Assembly (NCBI GenBank): GCA_016177385.1
Contig: JACOVJ010000054.1
Location: 1 to 40,027, forward strand
Length of the DNA stretch: 40,027 nucleotides
Reading direction: 5' to 3'
Source of the DNA: Candidatus Niyogibacteria bacterium
GTDB taxonomy: Bacteria; Patescibacteriota; Minisyncoccia; HO2-45-28
Part shown: piece after piece, positions 15,700 to 23,050 of the stretch
Position numbering within the stretch: position 1 is the first letter of the stretch
Layout of the letters: every line of letters starts with the position of its first letter
Position numbers and translations under genes: made by a program
Notes under the pieces: model-generated
Told to the model about the DNA's origin: nothing
Database searches by the model: none
The model's input: the letters and a program-made list of their open reading frames with translations, nothing else

Positions 15700-15738
15700 C
15701 CCAAAATTCGCCCGTCGGCGAATTTTGGGGGTTTTTTA
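15700..15738 (+). terminator. Intrinsic terminator of guaB
   Basis: 13-bp stem CCCAAAATTCGCC / GGCGAATTTTGGG, loop CGTC, then GGTTTTTT. Confidence 0.85.
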
Positions 15739-15739
15739 T

Positions 15740-15902
15740 TAGAATCCATCTCAAAATGGCTTTGAAGGCGAAATCGCGCGAATTTCGTCGCGAGACCGCC
15801 GCCGCAGGGGCGATTCGTACTGGAAGTACGATGAGTCCCGAGAAGGCGGCCGAACAGAAATTCGCCGATTGGAGCCCAAATGCATTTTTGAGATGGATTC
15901 TA
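15740..15902 (+). other. 163-nt element E2 closed by TAGAATCCATCTCAAAA / TTTTGAGATGGATTCTA
   Basis: Perfect 17-bp closing stem (15740-15756 / 15886-15902). Its last 3 nt are the stop codon of the convergent - strand gene. Confidence 0.75.
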
Positions 15903-16799
15903 GAGCGCGTTCAAAATCTTCAGTTTTTCCGTGAGCTCCTCGTTGCACTCCGAAACCGTGGCCGCGATCATTTCCTCGAGATGGGGGATTTTTTGCTTCA
16001 AAAATGTATCGAGATCGTCGTCGCGGTTTCTATGGTCGAGTAATTCAAAAAGAGGTTCTTTATCGGGCGCGCAAAGTCCATTGAGTATTCGCCAGCCGAC
16101 CTGTCCATGAACAAGGGAATAAGCGGCATCGAACAGGCGGTCGAGGTCGGCGGGCGCGATCACTTCCAGCCCCCGTTCCTTAAAGATATTCGAGGTCGTT
16201 TCTGCGGTCGTTTTGTTGCTTGAGTTTTTAAGTGCTCTTTGCAAGCGCGCATTATTTTTTACTGCGCTGAATTTTTCCAGCCACCAATGGATCGGCGGCG
16301 TCGTCTCGTGAATGCCTGAAGCGATCAGGCGCTCGATCGCGGCAGAGGCCACGGTTTCCATTCGGTGCCGGCCTGCCGAAGACGCATTTCCGCCGGAAAG
16401 CGCCGCGAGCGTGTGATTCAAAACAAAAAACGCAGTATTTTCGAGGACGCCGGCCAAAAGAAGGGCGGCCGCCGAGGTTTTGTGCCGCGGCGGCTGGCGG
16501 TACTGCCAGCGCTCGGCTTTTTTCAGGTACCACGATTCCCGGGGTCCGGCATGCTTCATTTCGTAGGCGTAAAAAAGCGCGGTCTCGTTTTCGGCAAGCA
16601 AAATCAGAGCGTGCGCCGGAGAAAAATTTTCTCCGAGTTTTTGTTTGGCCCACGAACCGGCGAACTCGTGATAAGCGGCCCGCGCCAGACGCGCTTCCCG
16701 CTCCTGGGCGTTTTTCATCCACGCTTCGAGACCCGGTTCCTTGGCCCCCCATTTCCTGTTTTGCCATCCTTCAAATGCCGCAAAGAGCGCGCGTTCCAT
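15900..16799 (-). CDS. Hypothetical protein (about 299 aa)
   Basis: ORF 15900..16967 trimmed to the Met at 16799 (MERALFAAFEGW), because the upstream part overlaps a better + strand small ORF. No family recognised. Confidence 0.6.
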   Translation of the reverse strand: MERALFAAFEGWQNRKWGAKEPGLEAWMKNAQEREARLARAAYHEFAGSWAKQKLGENFSPAHALILLAENETALFYAYEMKHAGPRESWYLKKAERWQYRQPPRHKTSAAALLLAGVLENTAFFVLNHTLAALSGGNASSAGRHRMETVASAAIERLIASGIHETTPPIHWWLEKFSAVKNNARLQRALKNSSNKTTAETTSNIFKERGLEVIAPADLDRLFDAAYSLVHGQVGWRILNGLCAPDKEPLFELLDHRNRDDDLDTFLKQKIPHLEEMIAATVSECNEELTEKLKILNAL

Positions 16800-16860
16800 T
16801 CTTTTATGGTAGCGCACTTGACATGTTGCGTTTTCCACATAAAACGCAATACTATGGGAT

Positions 16861-17019
16861 ATGTGGCAATTATGGACCGCGGGGACTCTGGGCATCCTGA
16901 TGGCGCTGGTCCCGTTTTTGGGCTTTACTCCCGACCTTAAGGACGTCATTACGGTCGCGTTCGGCATTGCGATCGCCGTTTTCGTGTTTTGGGCGTTGGG
17001 AGTGAAAAAGCCGGCGTAA
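16861..17019 (+). CDS. Candidate 52-aa two-TM membrane protein (below the ORF-track cutoff)
   Basis: MWQLWTAGTLGILMALVPFLGFTPDLKDVITVAFGIAIAVFVFWALGVKKPA. TACTAT lies 5 nt upstream of the ATG. Confidence 0.4.
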   Translation: MWQLWTAGTLGILMALVPFLGFTPDLKDVITVAFGIAIAVFVFWALGVKKPA

Positions 17020-17020
17020 A

Positions 17021-17029
17021 TGCTATCCT
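17021..17029 (+). promoter_or_regulatory. Extended -10 TGCTATCCT, 6 nt upstream of ATG 17036
   Basis: TGnTAnnnT pattern at fixed spacing. Confidence 0.45.
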
Positions 17030-17035
17030 TGCGGG

Positions 17036-18238
17036 ATGCCGAAACGCTATTGCATCATTGGCGGCGGGATCGCGGGGATCACGGCTGCCGAAACCATCCG
17101 CGCGCACGACGGCGAAGGGGATATTCTGGTGATCTCGGCGGAGCCGCATCCGCTCTATTCGCGGGTTTCGCTTCCGGCGTATGTTTCGGGAGAATTGGAA
17201 CGCGAGCGGGTGATGATGCGCACGCTCCGCGATTATGCAGAGCGAAACATCCGGCTGTTTCCCTCCGAACGCGTGATCGAGGTTCGACCTCGAATTCGAG
17301 GGCGAACCTCGGGAGGAGAAGTAAAGACCGCATCCGGGAAGACATTTGAATATGATGCCTTACTTATCGCAACAGGCGGCCGTCCCGTGGAATGGCCGCA
17401 CGACGAGGTTGTATCGGAACGCATATTCCGTCTGCATACGCTCGACGACGCCCTACGCCTGCGCGAATTTTTTAACAGGCATCCGGCCCGCTTCGCCAGC
17501 CTCGCGTCTAGGCGGGCCGGAACTCCCGCTTCGCTCGCGAAGCGAGGCGAGTCAGCGAGGCGGTCGGTCGGTCGGGTCATTGTTGCCGGCGGGGGATTTA
17601 TCGCTTTAGAGCTTGCCGAGATTTTCCGGACAAAAAAATTCGACGTCACGTTTCTGGTGCGCGGCCCGCAATTTTGGAGCGGCAAATGGGTCGACCCCGC
17701 CGACCACGACCGACTCACCGATTTGTGGAAGAAAAACGGGGTGCGGGCGATTTTCGGTGATGCGGTCCGCGAAATGGAAGAGAATAATGGAGCGGTGCGG
17801 ATCCGCACGACCGCAGGGCGCGACATTGTCGCAGATTGCGTTGCGATCGCGATCGGGATCGAATGCGAGCCGGATTTTGTTCCGCGAAAAATTCTTGGAA
17901 GCCTCGCTTCCAAGAACTTGGAAGCGAGGCTTCCAAACGGAGTTGTGGTAAACAAATACTTGGAAACCGAGTTTCCAAACGTATGGGCCGCCGGGGATGC
18001 GATGCGGTGCGCGGCGGACGGCGAACCTCAGGGGTCGCAGAATTGGTCAAGCGCGGTTCTGTCCGGACAGGCCGCGGGAATGAATATGATGGGCGAGTAC
18101 GGTAGGGGAACGCGCAAAGTATTTCGTTTGCCGCCCCGGTATTCCGTCGGCCACTTCGGCGCTGTGCTAAAATGGGAAAATGGCCGCTCTTTTTTTAAAA
18201 GCAACCCCGACCCCGAGGGGAGTCCTCGGGGTGGATAA
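17036..18238 (+). CDS. FAD-dependent pyridine nucleotide-disulfide oxidoreductase
   Basis: YCIIGGGIAGITAAE, LLIATGGRP, VIVAGGGFIALELAE, VWAAGD. The last 11 codons and the stop lie inside repeat copy 3. Confidence 0.85.
   Translation: MPKRYCIIGGGIAGITAAETIRAHDGEGDILVISAEPHPLYSRVSLPAYVSGELERERVMMRTLRDYAERNIRLFPSERVIEVRPRIRGRTSGGEVKTASGKTFEYDALLIATGGRPVEWPHDEVVSERIFRLHTLDDALRLREFFNRHPARFASLASRRAGTPASLAKRGESARRSVGRVIVAGGGFIALELAEIFRTKKFDVTFLVRGPQFWSGKWVDPADHDRLTDLWKKNGVRAIFGDAVREMEENNGAVRIRTTAGRDIVADCVAIAIGIECEPDFVPRKILGSLASKNLEARLPNGVVVNKYLETEFPNVWAAGDAMRCAADGEPQGSQNWSSAVLSGQAAGMNMMGEYGRGTRKVFRLPPRYSVGHFGAVLKWENGRSFFKSNPDPEGSPRGG
17483..17564. repeat. GC-rich hairpin cluster translated in frame (PARFASLASRRAGTPASLAKRGESARR)
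   Basis: 9-bp stem 17483-17491 / 17512-17520, and hairpin CGCTTCG-CTCG-CGAAGCG at 17527-17544. Shares CCCGCTTCGCC and GCGAGGCGG with the terminator at 4844-4873. Confidence 0.65.
17894..17937. repeat. Two tandem 21-nt hairpins that are reverse complements of each other, in frame
   Basis: CTTGGAAGC-CTC-GCTTCCAAG, then AA, then CTTGGAAGC-GAG-GCTTCCAA; encodes LGSLASKNLEARLP. Confidence 0.8.
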
Positions 18239-18284
18239 CTCATACTTATCCACAGTTTATGCACCCAAAGGACTCCCCTCGGGG
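18211..18284. repeat. 74-nt palindromic repeat, long form, copy 3
   Basis: CCCCGAGGGGAGTCCTCGGGGTGGATAA...TTATCCACAG...AAAGGACTCCCCTCGGGG; perfect TTATCCACA at 18246-18254. Confidence 0.9.
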
Positions 18285-18295
18285 TTTTCAATGCA

Positions 18296-19498
18296 ATGAT
18301 CTCTAAATTATTCCATCCGAACATCACGCTCCCTGTTGTCTTTGTAGCGGCCGGGTCCGCTATTTTTTTGACGTGGAGCGTGGGGAACGATGCAAATGTT
18401 GCGTATGTCGCGCTCAAAAATGAGCCCGTCCAAGAACGCACAGCGCACCTCGCGACCCCGGAGCTGGTCCGCGCCATTTACATGACCAGTTACGTCGCGG
18501 GCGACAAAGCGTGGCGCGGGAAACTCGCGAATTTCGTTGACCGCACGGAATTGAATGCCATCGTCATTGATGTGAAGGACTACACCGGCCGCGTCGCGTT
18601 CGATATGGACAATTCGTATGTCCGGGAACTGGGCTCCGTAAAACCCTTGGTCCCCGATATCCGTGATTTCATCCGCGAATTGCATTCCAAAAATATTTAC
18701 GCGATCGCGCGCATCAGCGTTTTTCAAGACCCGTATTTTCTTTCAGTCCATCCCGAATACGCCGTTAAAACCAAAAGCGGCGCTATGTGGAAGGACCGGA
18801 AAGGGATCCCGTGGGTGGACCCGGCGGCCGAGGACTTTTGGAATTATATCGCGTTACTCGCGCAGGAATCCGAGCGCGCCGGATTCGATGAGATCAATTT
18901 CGATTACATCCGATTCCCGTCGGACGGCAACATGAAGGACATCGCGTACGATTATTGGGACAAGGTAACGCCGCCGGCCGAGGTCATCGAAAAATTTTTC
19001 GCCTATTTGCGGGATTCCCTCGATGTCCGTTTTTCCAAACCGCGCCGCATTCAGGACAATTTGGTATACGTTCCGACGCCCATTCCGCTGTCCGTCGATC
19101 TATTCGGCATGGTGACCGTGAACACCGACGACCTCAATATCGGGCAGGTGCTCGAACGCGCGGCACCCTATTTCGATTACATTGCGCCGATGGTGTATCC
19201 GTCGCACTATCCTGCGACCTACAAAAATTTCGGCAATCCCGCCGCGCATCCCTACGAAATTATTTATGATGCCATGAGCGTGGCATCGCGCCGCCTTATC
19301 GCCGCAAGTTCCACGCCCGCCAAACTCCGGCCGTGGCTGCAGGATTTTGACCTCGGCGCGGAATACGACGCGGCGATGGTGCGGAAAGAAATGCAGGCCG
19401 TGTATGACGCAGGGCTCACGAGCTGGATGGCATGGGATGCGGCCAACAGATATACACAGGACGCGTATCGTTTGTCAACCACGTCCGCGATACAATAG
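18296..19498 (+). CDS. Putative TIM-barrel glycoside-hydrolase-like protein (DUF4015-like), membrane-anchored
   Basis: RAIYMTSYVAG...LNAIVIDVKDYTGRV...WVDPAAEDFWNY...DEINFDYIRFPSDG; the family assignment is from memory. Confidence 0.7.
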   Translation: MISKLFHPNITLPVVFVAAGSAIFLTWSVGNDANVAYVALKNEPVQERTAHLATPELVRAIYMTSYVAGDKAWRGKLANFVDRTELNAIVIDVKDYTGRVAFDMDNSYVRELGSVKPLVPDIRDFIRELHSKNIYAIARISVFQDPYFLSVHPEYAVKTKSGAMWKDRKGIPWVDPAAEDFWNYIALLAQESERAGFDEINFDYIRFPSDGNMKDIAYDYWDKVTPPAEVIEKFFAYLRDSLDVRFSKPRRIQDNLVYVPTPIPLSVDLFGMVTVNTDDLNIGQVLERAAPYFDYIAPMVYPSHYPATYKNFGNPAAHPYEIIYDAMSVASRRLIAASSTPAKLRPWLQDFDLGAEYDAAMVRKEMQAVYDAGLTSWMAWDAANRYTQDAYRLSTTSAIQ

Positions 19499-21312
19499 AA
19501 GATATAGCGAAACGGCTTTCATTTATTGTTGTGTTTGCAGGAATACTCGCGCTGGGATACGCGGGATGGATTTTTGCTGCGGGCGGTAATCTCTCGGGAT
19601 ATGCATGGGCGGACACGCTCGGCTGGATCAGTTTTAACGGCGCAACGTATGGCGTCAATGTCGGCGATAACGGCGTTTTGGGGGGATACGCATGGTCGGA
19701 TGCCATTGGGTGGATTGCATTTGCGGATTATAACGGCGATGGCGTTGCAAATGATGGTGCATTATGCCCCGATCTCAGTGGCTGCCGCGCGATTTTTAAC
19801 GGCACGAGCGGCGCCGTGACCGGCTGGGCGAAAGCATTGCTCGCGCCCGGCGCGGCAGGCGGTTGGGACGGGTGGATTCGCTTGCGTAACGATAGCGATG
19901 GAGATGGTGTTGTAAATACGGACACCGGCGCCGCTAGCAAAGATTATGGCGTGACGGTTTCCGGTTGCAATTGGTCGGGCTACGCATGGGGTTCGGATGT
20001 TATCGGATGGATTCATTTCCGCGGCAACGTTGGAACACCGATTGAATATGGCGTAACCGGAACCGGCGCAGCGTGCGTTGGCACAACGGAAGTGACGCCC
20101 CCGCCCGGAGAGGAACCACCACCCGGAGAGGAGGGCGGGCCGGGCGGAGGGGGAGGTAGCACCTCACCGGACTTTTCCGTTTCATTGACGCCTAATCCGT
20201 CCTCCGGTCCCGAACCGCTTTCCGTTGCGCTGACCGCGGACGTAACCGATACAAAAAGCGACCTTCCGAGTCCGCCCCCGACCATTACGTATTCGTTTTG
20301 GTGGAATTGTGACAATAATACGCTGAATGTCGGCGATATCGATAAACCGGAAGCCGAGGGAGGGTGCGGAGAGTTGCCGGATGATACGGCCGGTGGTGGA
20401 TGTTCGTTACCGAATGATTACGGCATAAAATGCGAGGCGGAATCGGACACGACGCAAGTCGTAGATCATATTTATATCTATGATGCAAGCGTGCTTTCGT
20501 ACACCCCTAAAGTCATTGTGGAGCGCGATACGCGAACGGCCGAAAATCGCTTTTCTTCCATTGATGTATCGGAAACCGCCGACTTTTCCGTTGCATTATC
20601 GGCGCCGGATACGGTCTATATAAACAATAGTTTTTTGATGACGGCGAGCGTTGTTAATGCCGCGGGGTCCATCACGTATTCTTTTTGGTGGGATTGCGCG
20701 AGTACCGCAACGGATGTGCCGACTGCATCGTCGCCGACGGAGTGCGGTTCCGGTCCGAATCGAGTGATCGCACCCGGTAATACACCTCAAGACGTGACGC
20801 ATCCGGGTTATTCTACGACCGGCACGCATCACGCAAAGGTGATCGCGGCAAGCGGCGGGTCTCCGCCGTCCGCCACCGCCATCGAGAATATTGATGTTAT
20901 TTTGCCGCCGCAGTATTACCAAGCAAACTGCGTAGATCCATTTCCCGATGAATTGCCGCCTCCATATGATTGCGACATCAGCGTCAGGGTGATCAGCGTA
21001 GAAGAAGCGCAGTCGTCATCCATCGATGTGAATATCGTTACCGGAAATAATTATACGGGGACGATCGATCTCTCCGCATCCAGCGCAAGGTTGCCGCCGG
21101 AGACGCAATATGTATTCTCGGTCGACCCGATCGTATGTTTGAATGATGTCTGCGATCCCAACACGTCGCGGTTCCATATTGTTACGACGCCGGCCGCGGC
21201 GGAAGGCGGGCATGATATCGTTGTGCGTTTATCGGACGGCGTTTCGTCGCCGCAGACATTTATCGTTCGCCTGAACGTCCAACCTATCCGCCCCGAATTC
21301 CGCGAGATTTGA
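19432..21312 (+). CDS. Large membrane-anchored surface protein with GYAW-x3-GWIxF repeats, a Pro/Gly/Glu linker and Ig/PKD-like repeats
   Basis: Repeats GYAWADTLGWISF, GYAWSDAIGWIAF, GYAWGSDVIGWIHF. ITYSFWW(N/D)C occurs twice. Start uncertain, since the ATG at 19432 overlaps the upstream gene by 67 nt. Confidence 0.8.
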   Translation: MGCGQQIYTGRVSFVNHVRDTIEDIAKRLSFIVVFAGILALGYAGWIFAAGGNLSGYAWADTLGWISFNGATYGVNVGDNGVLGGYAWSDAIGWIAFADYNGDGVANDGALCPDLSGCRAIFNGTSGAVTGWAKALLAPGAAGGWDGWIRLRNDSDGDGVVNTDTGAASKDYGVTVSGCNWSGYAWGSDVIGWIHFRGNVGTPIEYGVTGTGAACVGTTEVTPPPGEEPPPGEEGGPGGGGGSTSPDFSVSLTPNPSSGPEPLSVALTADVTDTKSDLPSPPPTITYSFWWNCDNNTLNVGDIDKPEAEGGCGELPDDTAGGGCSLPNDYGIKCEAESDTTQVVDHIYIYDASVLSYTPKVIVERDTRTAENRFSSIDVSETADFSVALSAPDTVYINNSFLMTASVVNAAGSITYSFWWDCASTATDVPTASSPTECGSGPNRVIAPGNTPQDVTHPGYSTTGTHHAKVIAASGGSPPSATAIENIDVILPPQYYQANCVDPFPDELPPPYDCDISVRVISVEEAQSSSIDVNIVTGNNYTGTIDLSASSARLPPETQYVFSVDPIVCLNDVCDPNTSRFHIVTTPAAAEGGHDIVVRLSDGVSSPQTFIVRLNVQPIRPEFREI

Positions 21313-21334
21313 TGCGCAACAAGGGAAGATAACC

Positions 21335-21375
21335 CAAAGGGGAGTCCTTTTCTGATTCCTAAGGACTACCCTTTG
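21335..21375. repeat. Short GGGGAGTCC-family hairpin
   Basis: CAAAGGGGAGTCCTT - TTCTGATTCCT - AAGGACTACCCTTTG (one mismatch in the arms). Confidence 0.85.
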
Positions 21376-21410
21376 TGAAAATGCGGATAACTCGACTTGA
21401 CAAGGACATA

Positions 21411-21438
21411 TTGACATGCTCCTGTTTTGTGCTATAAT
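21411..21438 (+). promoter_or_regulatory. Consensus sigma70-type promoter TTGACA-N16-TATAAT
   Basis: TTGACA 21411-21416, TATAAT 21433-21438 preceded by TGTGC; a second TTGACA at 21397-21402. Confidence 0.7.
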
Positions 21439-21471
21439 GGGCGCATCCTGTACCTTGCAAACCACTATTCG

Positions 21472-21515
21472 CCCCGAGGGGAGTCCTAGGGGTGGATAAA
21501 CTGTGGATAAGTAAG
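21472..21515. repeat. Half copy of the long repeat with two tandem DnaA-box-like sites
   Basis: CCCCGAGGGGAGTCCTAGGGGTGGATAAACTGTGGATAAG. No right arm. Lies in the leader of the 21542 gene. Confidence 0.8.
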
Positions 21516-21541
21516 TTGCTCATTCTGGAAAGGAGAGCGCG

Positions 21542-22399
21542 ATGAAACACGAAAACGGTTCGTTTCTGTGGGGTGTGTTCGCCGGCGTCATTCTGACGTT
21601 GGCATTCATGGGCATGTCTTCCTGCGCCGGCTCGACCGGAGATGGAGATGACCCGATCGTCGTCGTGGACGAGGACGGCAATCCGCCGCCCGACGGTACG
21701 CCGATGGGCTACGTCGGCTTCCATATGAATTGGCCCGAGCGCGGTTTGAACGCGCTCATCAACTCCGCGACCAAGTGGTTCATCATCGAGCTGAAGGAAT
21801 CGGCGGGTGCCAAGTATTTTGCATCCCTCGCTTGGCCGGACACGGATGCTCTGCTCGCGGTTCCTGTCGGCACCTACACGGTGGAAGTGCCCGCATTTCG
21901 CGATGATTTGCTGGGCGGCTTTTACCAGTGGCTGACCCTCCTATCGTACGGCTCGGTCGGGAACATCGTTGTGGAGTCGGGCCAGACAACGGAGGCGACC
22001 GTTACGCTCGCGCCATCTTCTCTTGCGTTCTCTGAGCCGCAGCCGCCGGTCTATTACGGTTCGGCGCCCGTGCTCGAACTCACGTTCGGTAACTGGCCGC
22101 TCGAGTTCCGGCAGGCGGAAATCTCCTTTTTCCGGACCGACGCATCATTTCCGAATTCGAGCATCGCGTTTCTTTGCACTTCGCCGGCAACGGAGAAGGA
22201 TACGACGACTCGCGGCTGTCAGTCGGCCCCGTTGCCGAGCTCCGGATCTGCCATCGTTTTCTATGCGGGTATCGAAGCGGCTGCCGCATGGAACGCGCCG
22301 CTGTGTCCGACAACCGACTGCACGCCGAACATCGAGGCATTGTCCGATGAGATGGCGTTTCAGTCGCCGACGGGCAATCTCAGTATCGGTATTCAGTAA
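21542..22399 (+). CDS. Secreted or lipoprotein-like hypothetical protein
   Basis: GGAAAGGAGAG RBS; signal peptide with a Cys (FMGMSSCAGS); no family recognised. Confidence 0.8.
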   Translation: MKHENGSFLWGVFAGVILTLAFMGMSSCAGSTGDGDDPIVVVDEDGNPPPDGTPMGYVGFHMNWPERGLNALINSATKWFIIELKESAGAKYFASLAWPDTDALLAVPVGTYTVEVPAFRDDLLGGFYQWLTLLSYGSVGNIVVESGQTTEATVTLAPSSLAFSEPQPPVYYGSAPVLELTFGNWPLEFRQAEISFFRTDASFPNSSIAFLCTSPATEKDTTTRGCQSAPLPSSGSAIVFYAGIEAAAAWNAPLCPTTDCTPNIEALSDEMAFQSPTGNLSIGIQ

Positions 22400-22423
22400 T
22401 GCCGACGGCGCGCTCACCAGCTT

Positions 22424-22463
22424 CCCCCCACCCGTTTTTAACGGGTGGGGGGATTTTTTTTTC
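22424..22463 (+). terminator. Strong intrinsic terminator
   Basis: 11-bp stem CCCCCCACCCG / CGGGTGGGGGG, 7-nt loop, nine T. Confidence 0.85.
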
Positions 22464-22507
22464 ACAAAGGGGAGTCCTTTTCTGGTTCTTAAGGACTCCC
22501 CTTTGTG
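22463..22507. repeat. Short GGGGAGTCC-family hairpin
   Basis: Perfect 17-bp arms CACAAAGGGGAGTCCTT / AAGGACTCCCCTTTGTG, loop TTCTGGTTCTT. Confidence 0.9.
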
Positions 22508-22515
22508 AAACTCTT

Positions 22516-22544
22516 AGGAATCAGAAAAGGACTACCCTCGGGGG
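22516..22544. repeat. Chimeric partial repeat (short-form loop plus long-form arm)
   Basis: AGGAATCAGAA-AAGGACTACCCTCGGGG; a perfect TGTGGATAA follows at 22562-22570. Confidence 0.7.
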
Positions 22545-22577
22545 CCGCTCTTTGTTCCGTGTGTGGATAACTTGCAG

Positions 22578-22605
22578 TTTGCACGAACCTGTCGCGTGGT
22601 AAAAT
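22578..22605 (+). promoter_or_regulatory. Promoter TTTGCA-N16-TGgTAAAAT, 6 nt upstream of ATG 22612
   Basis: Extended -10 at 22597-22605. Confidence 0.5.
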
Positions 22606-22611
22606 ACATCT

Positions 22612-23037
22612 ATGACAGCCGAAGCAATGGTGAAGCCATTGGTGCAAATTGCCGTAGGCGCCGCCATTATTTTTGCGATCACGTATATCGCGGGCGCATT
22701 CACCGAACCCTCCGTATTGGCGCCCAATGACGACCCGAATGTCGCGCGGCCATTGCACGAAGGGACCGATCCGCAAATGAAGAACGGGTCGTTATGGGTT
22801 GCCGATCAACTGATCGTGGGAGATAAATCAACCGTTTTCTCGGGGTACCGATATCTCCAGATAGATGCGGTTGATGTGGGGGGCGGTTATCCTCCAGCCG
22901 AAGATTGCGGCGGCTCTAATGGGGATAGCGAACTTGGGCGCATGATATTTAATAAAGGTGCCGGTTTCGTATATTTCTGCGGGATTGATACCATAACAAA
23001 TACCATTCAATGGAGAAAACTTATCCCGCAGCCTTAA
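22612..23037 (+). CDS. Small N-terminally anchored exported protein (pilin-like architecture, unassigned)
   Basis: One N-terminal TM helix (IAVGAAIIFAITYIAGA) followed by FTEPS...PNVARPL...QMKNGSL. Confidence 0.7.
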   Translation: MTAEAMVKPLVQIAVGAAIIFAITYIAGAFTEPSVLAPNDDPNVARPLHEGTDPQMKNGSLWVADQLIVGDKSTVFSGYRYLQIDAVDVGGGYPPAEDCGGSNGDSELGRMIFNKGAGFVYFCGIDTITNTIQWRKLIPQP

Positions 23038-23050
23038 AACGACGCCAGCA

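Noticed and set aside
3929-22570. Cluster of DnaA boxes as a chromosomal replication origin (oriC)
   Set aside because: The boxes are embedded in repeat copies spread over about 18 kb, each squeezed between ordinary genes. There is no AT-rich unwinding element next to a dense box cluster, and no dnaA or dnaN nearby. They are better explained as repeat-borne boxes.
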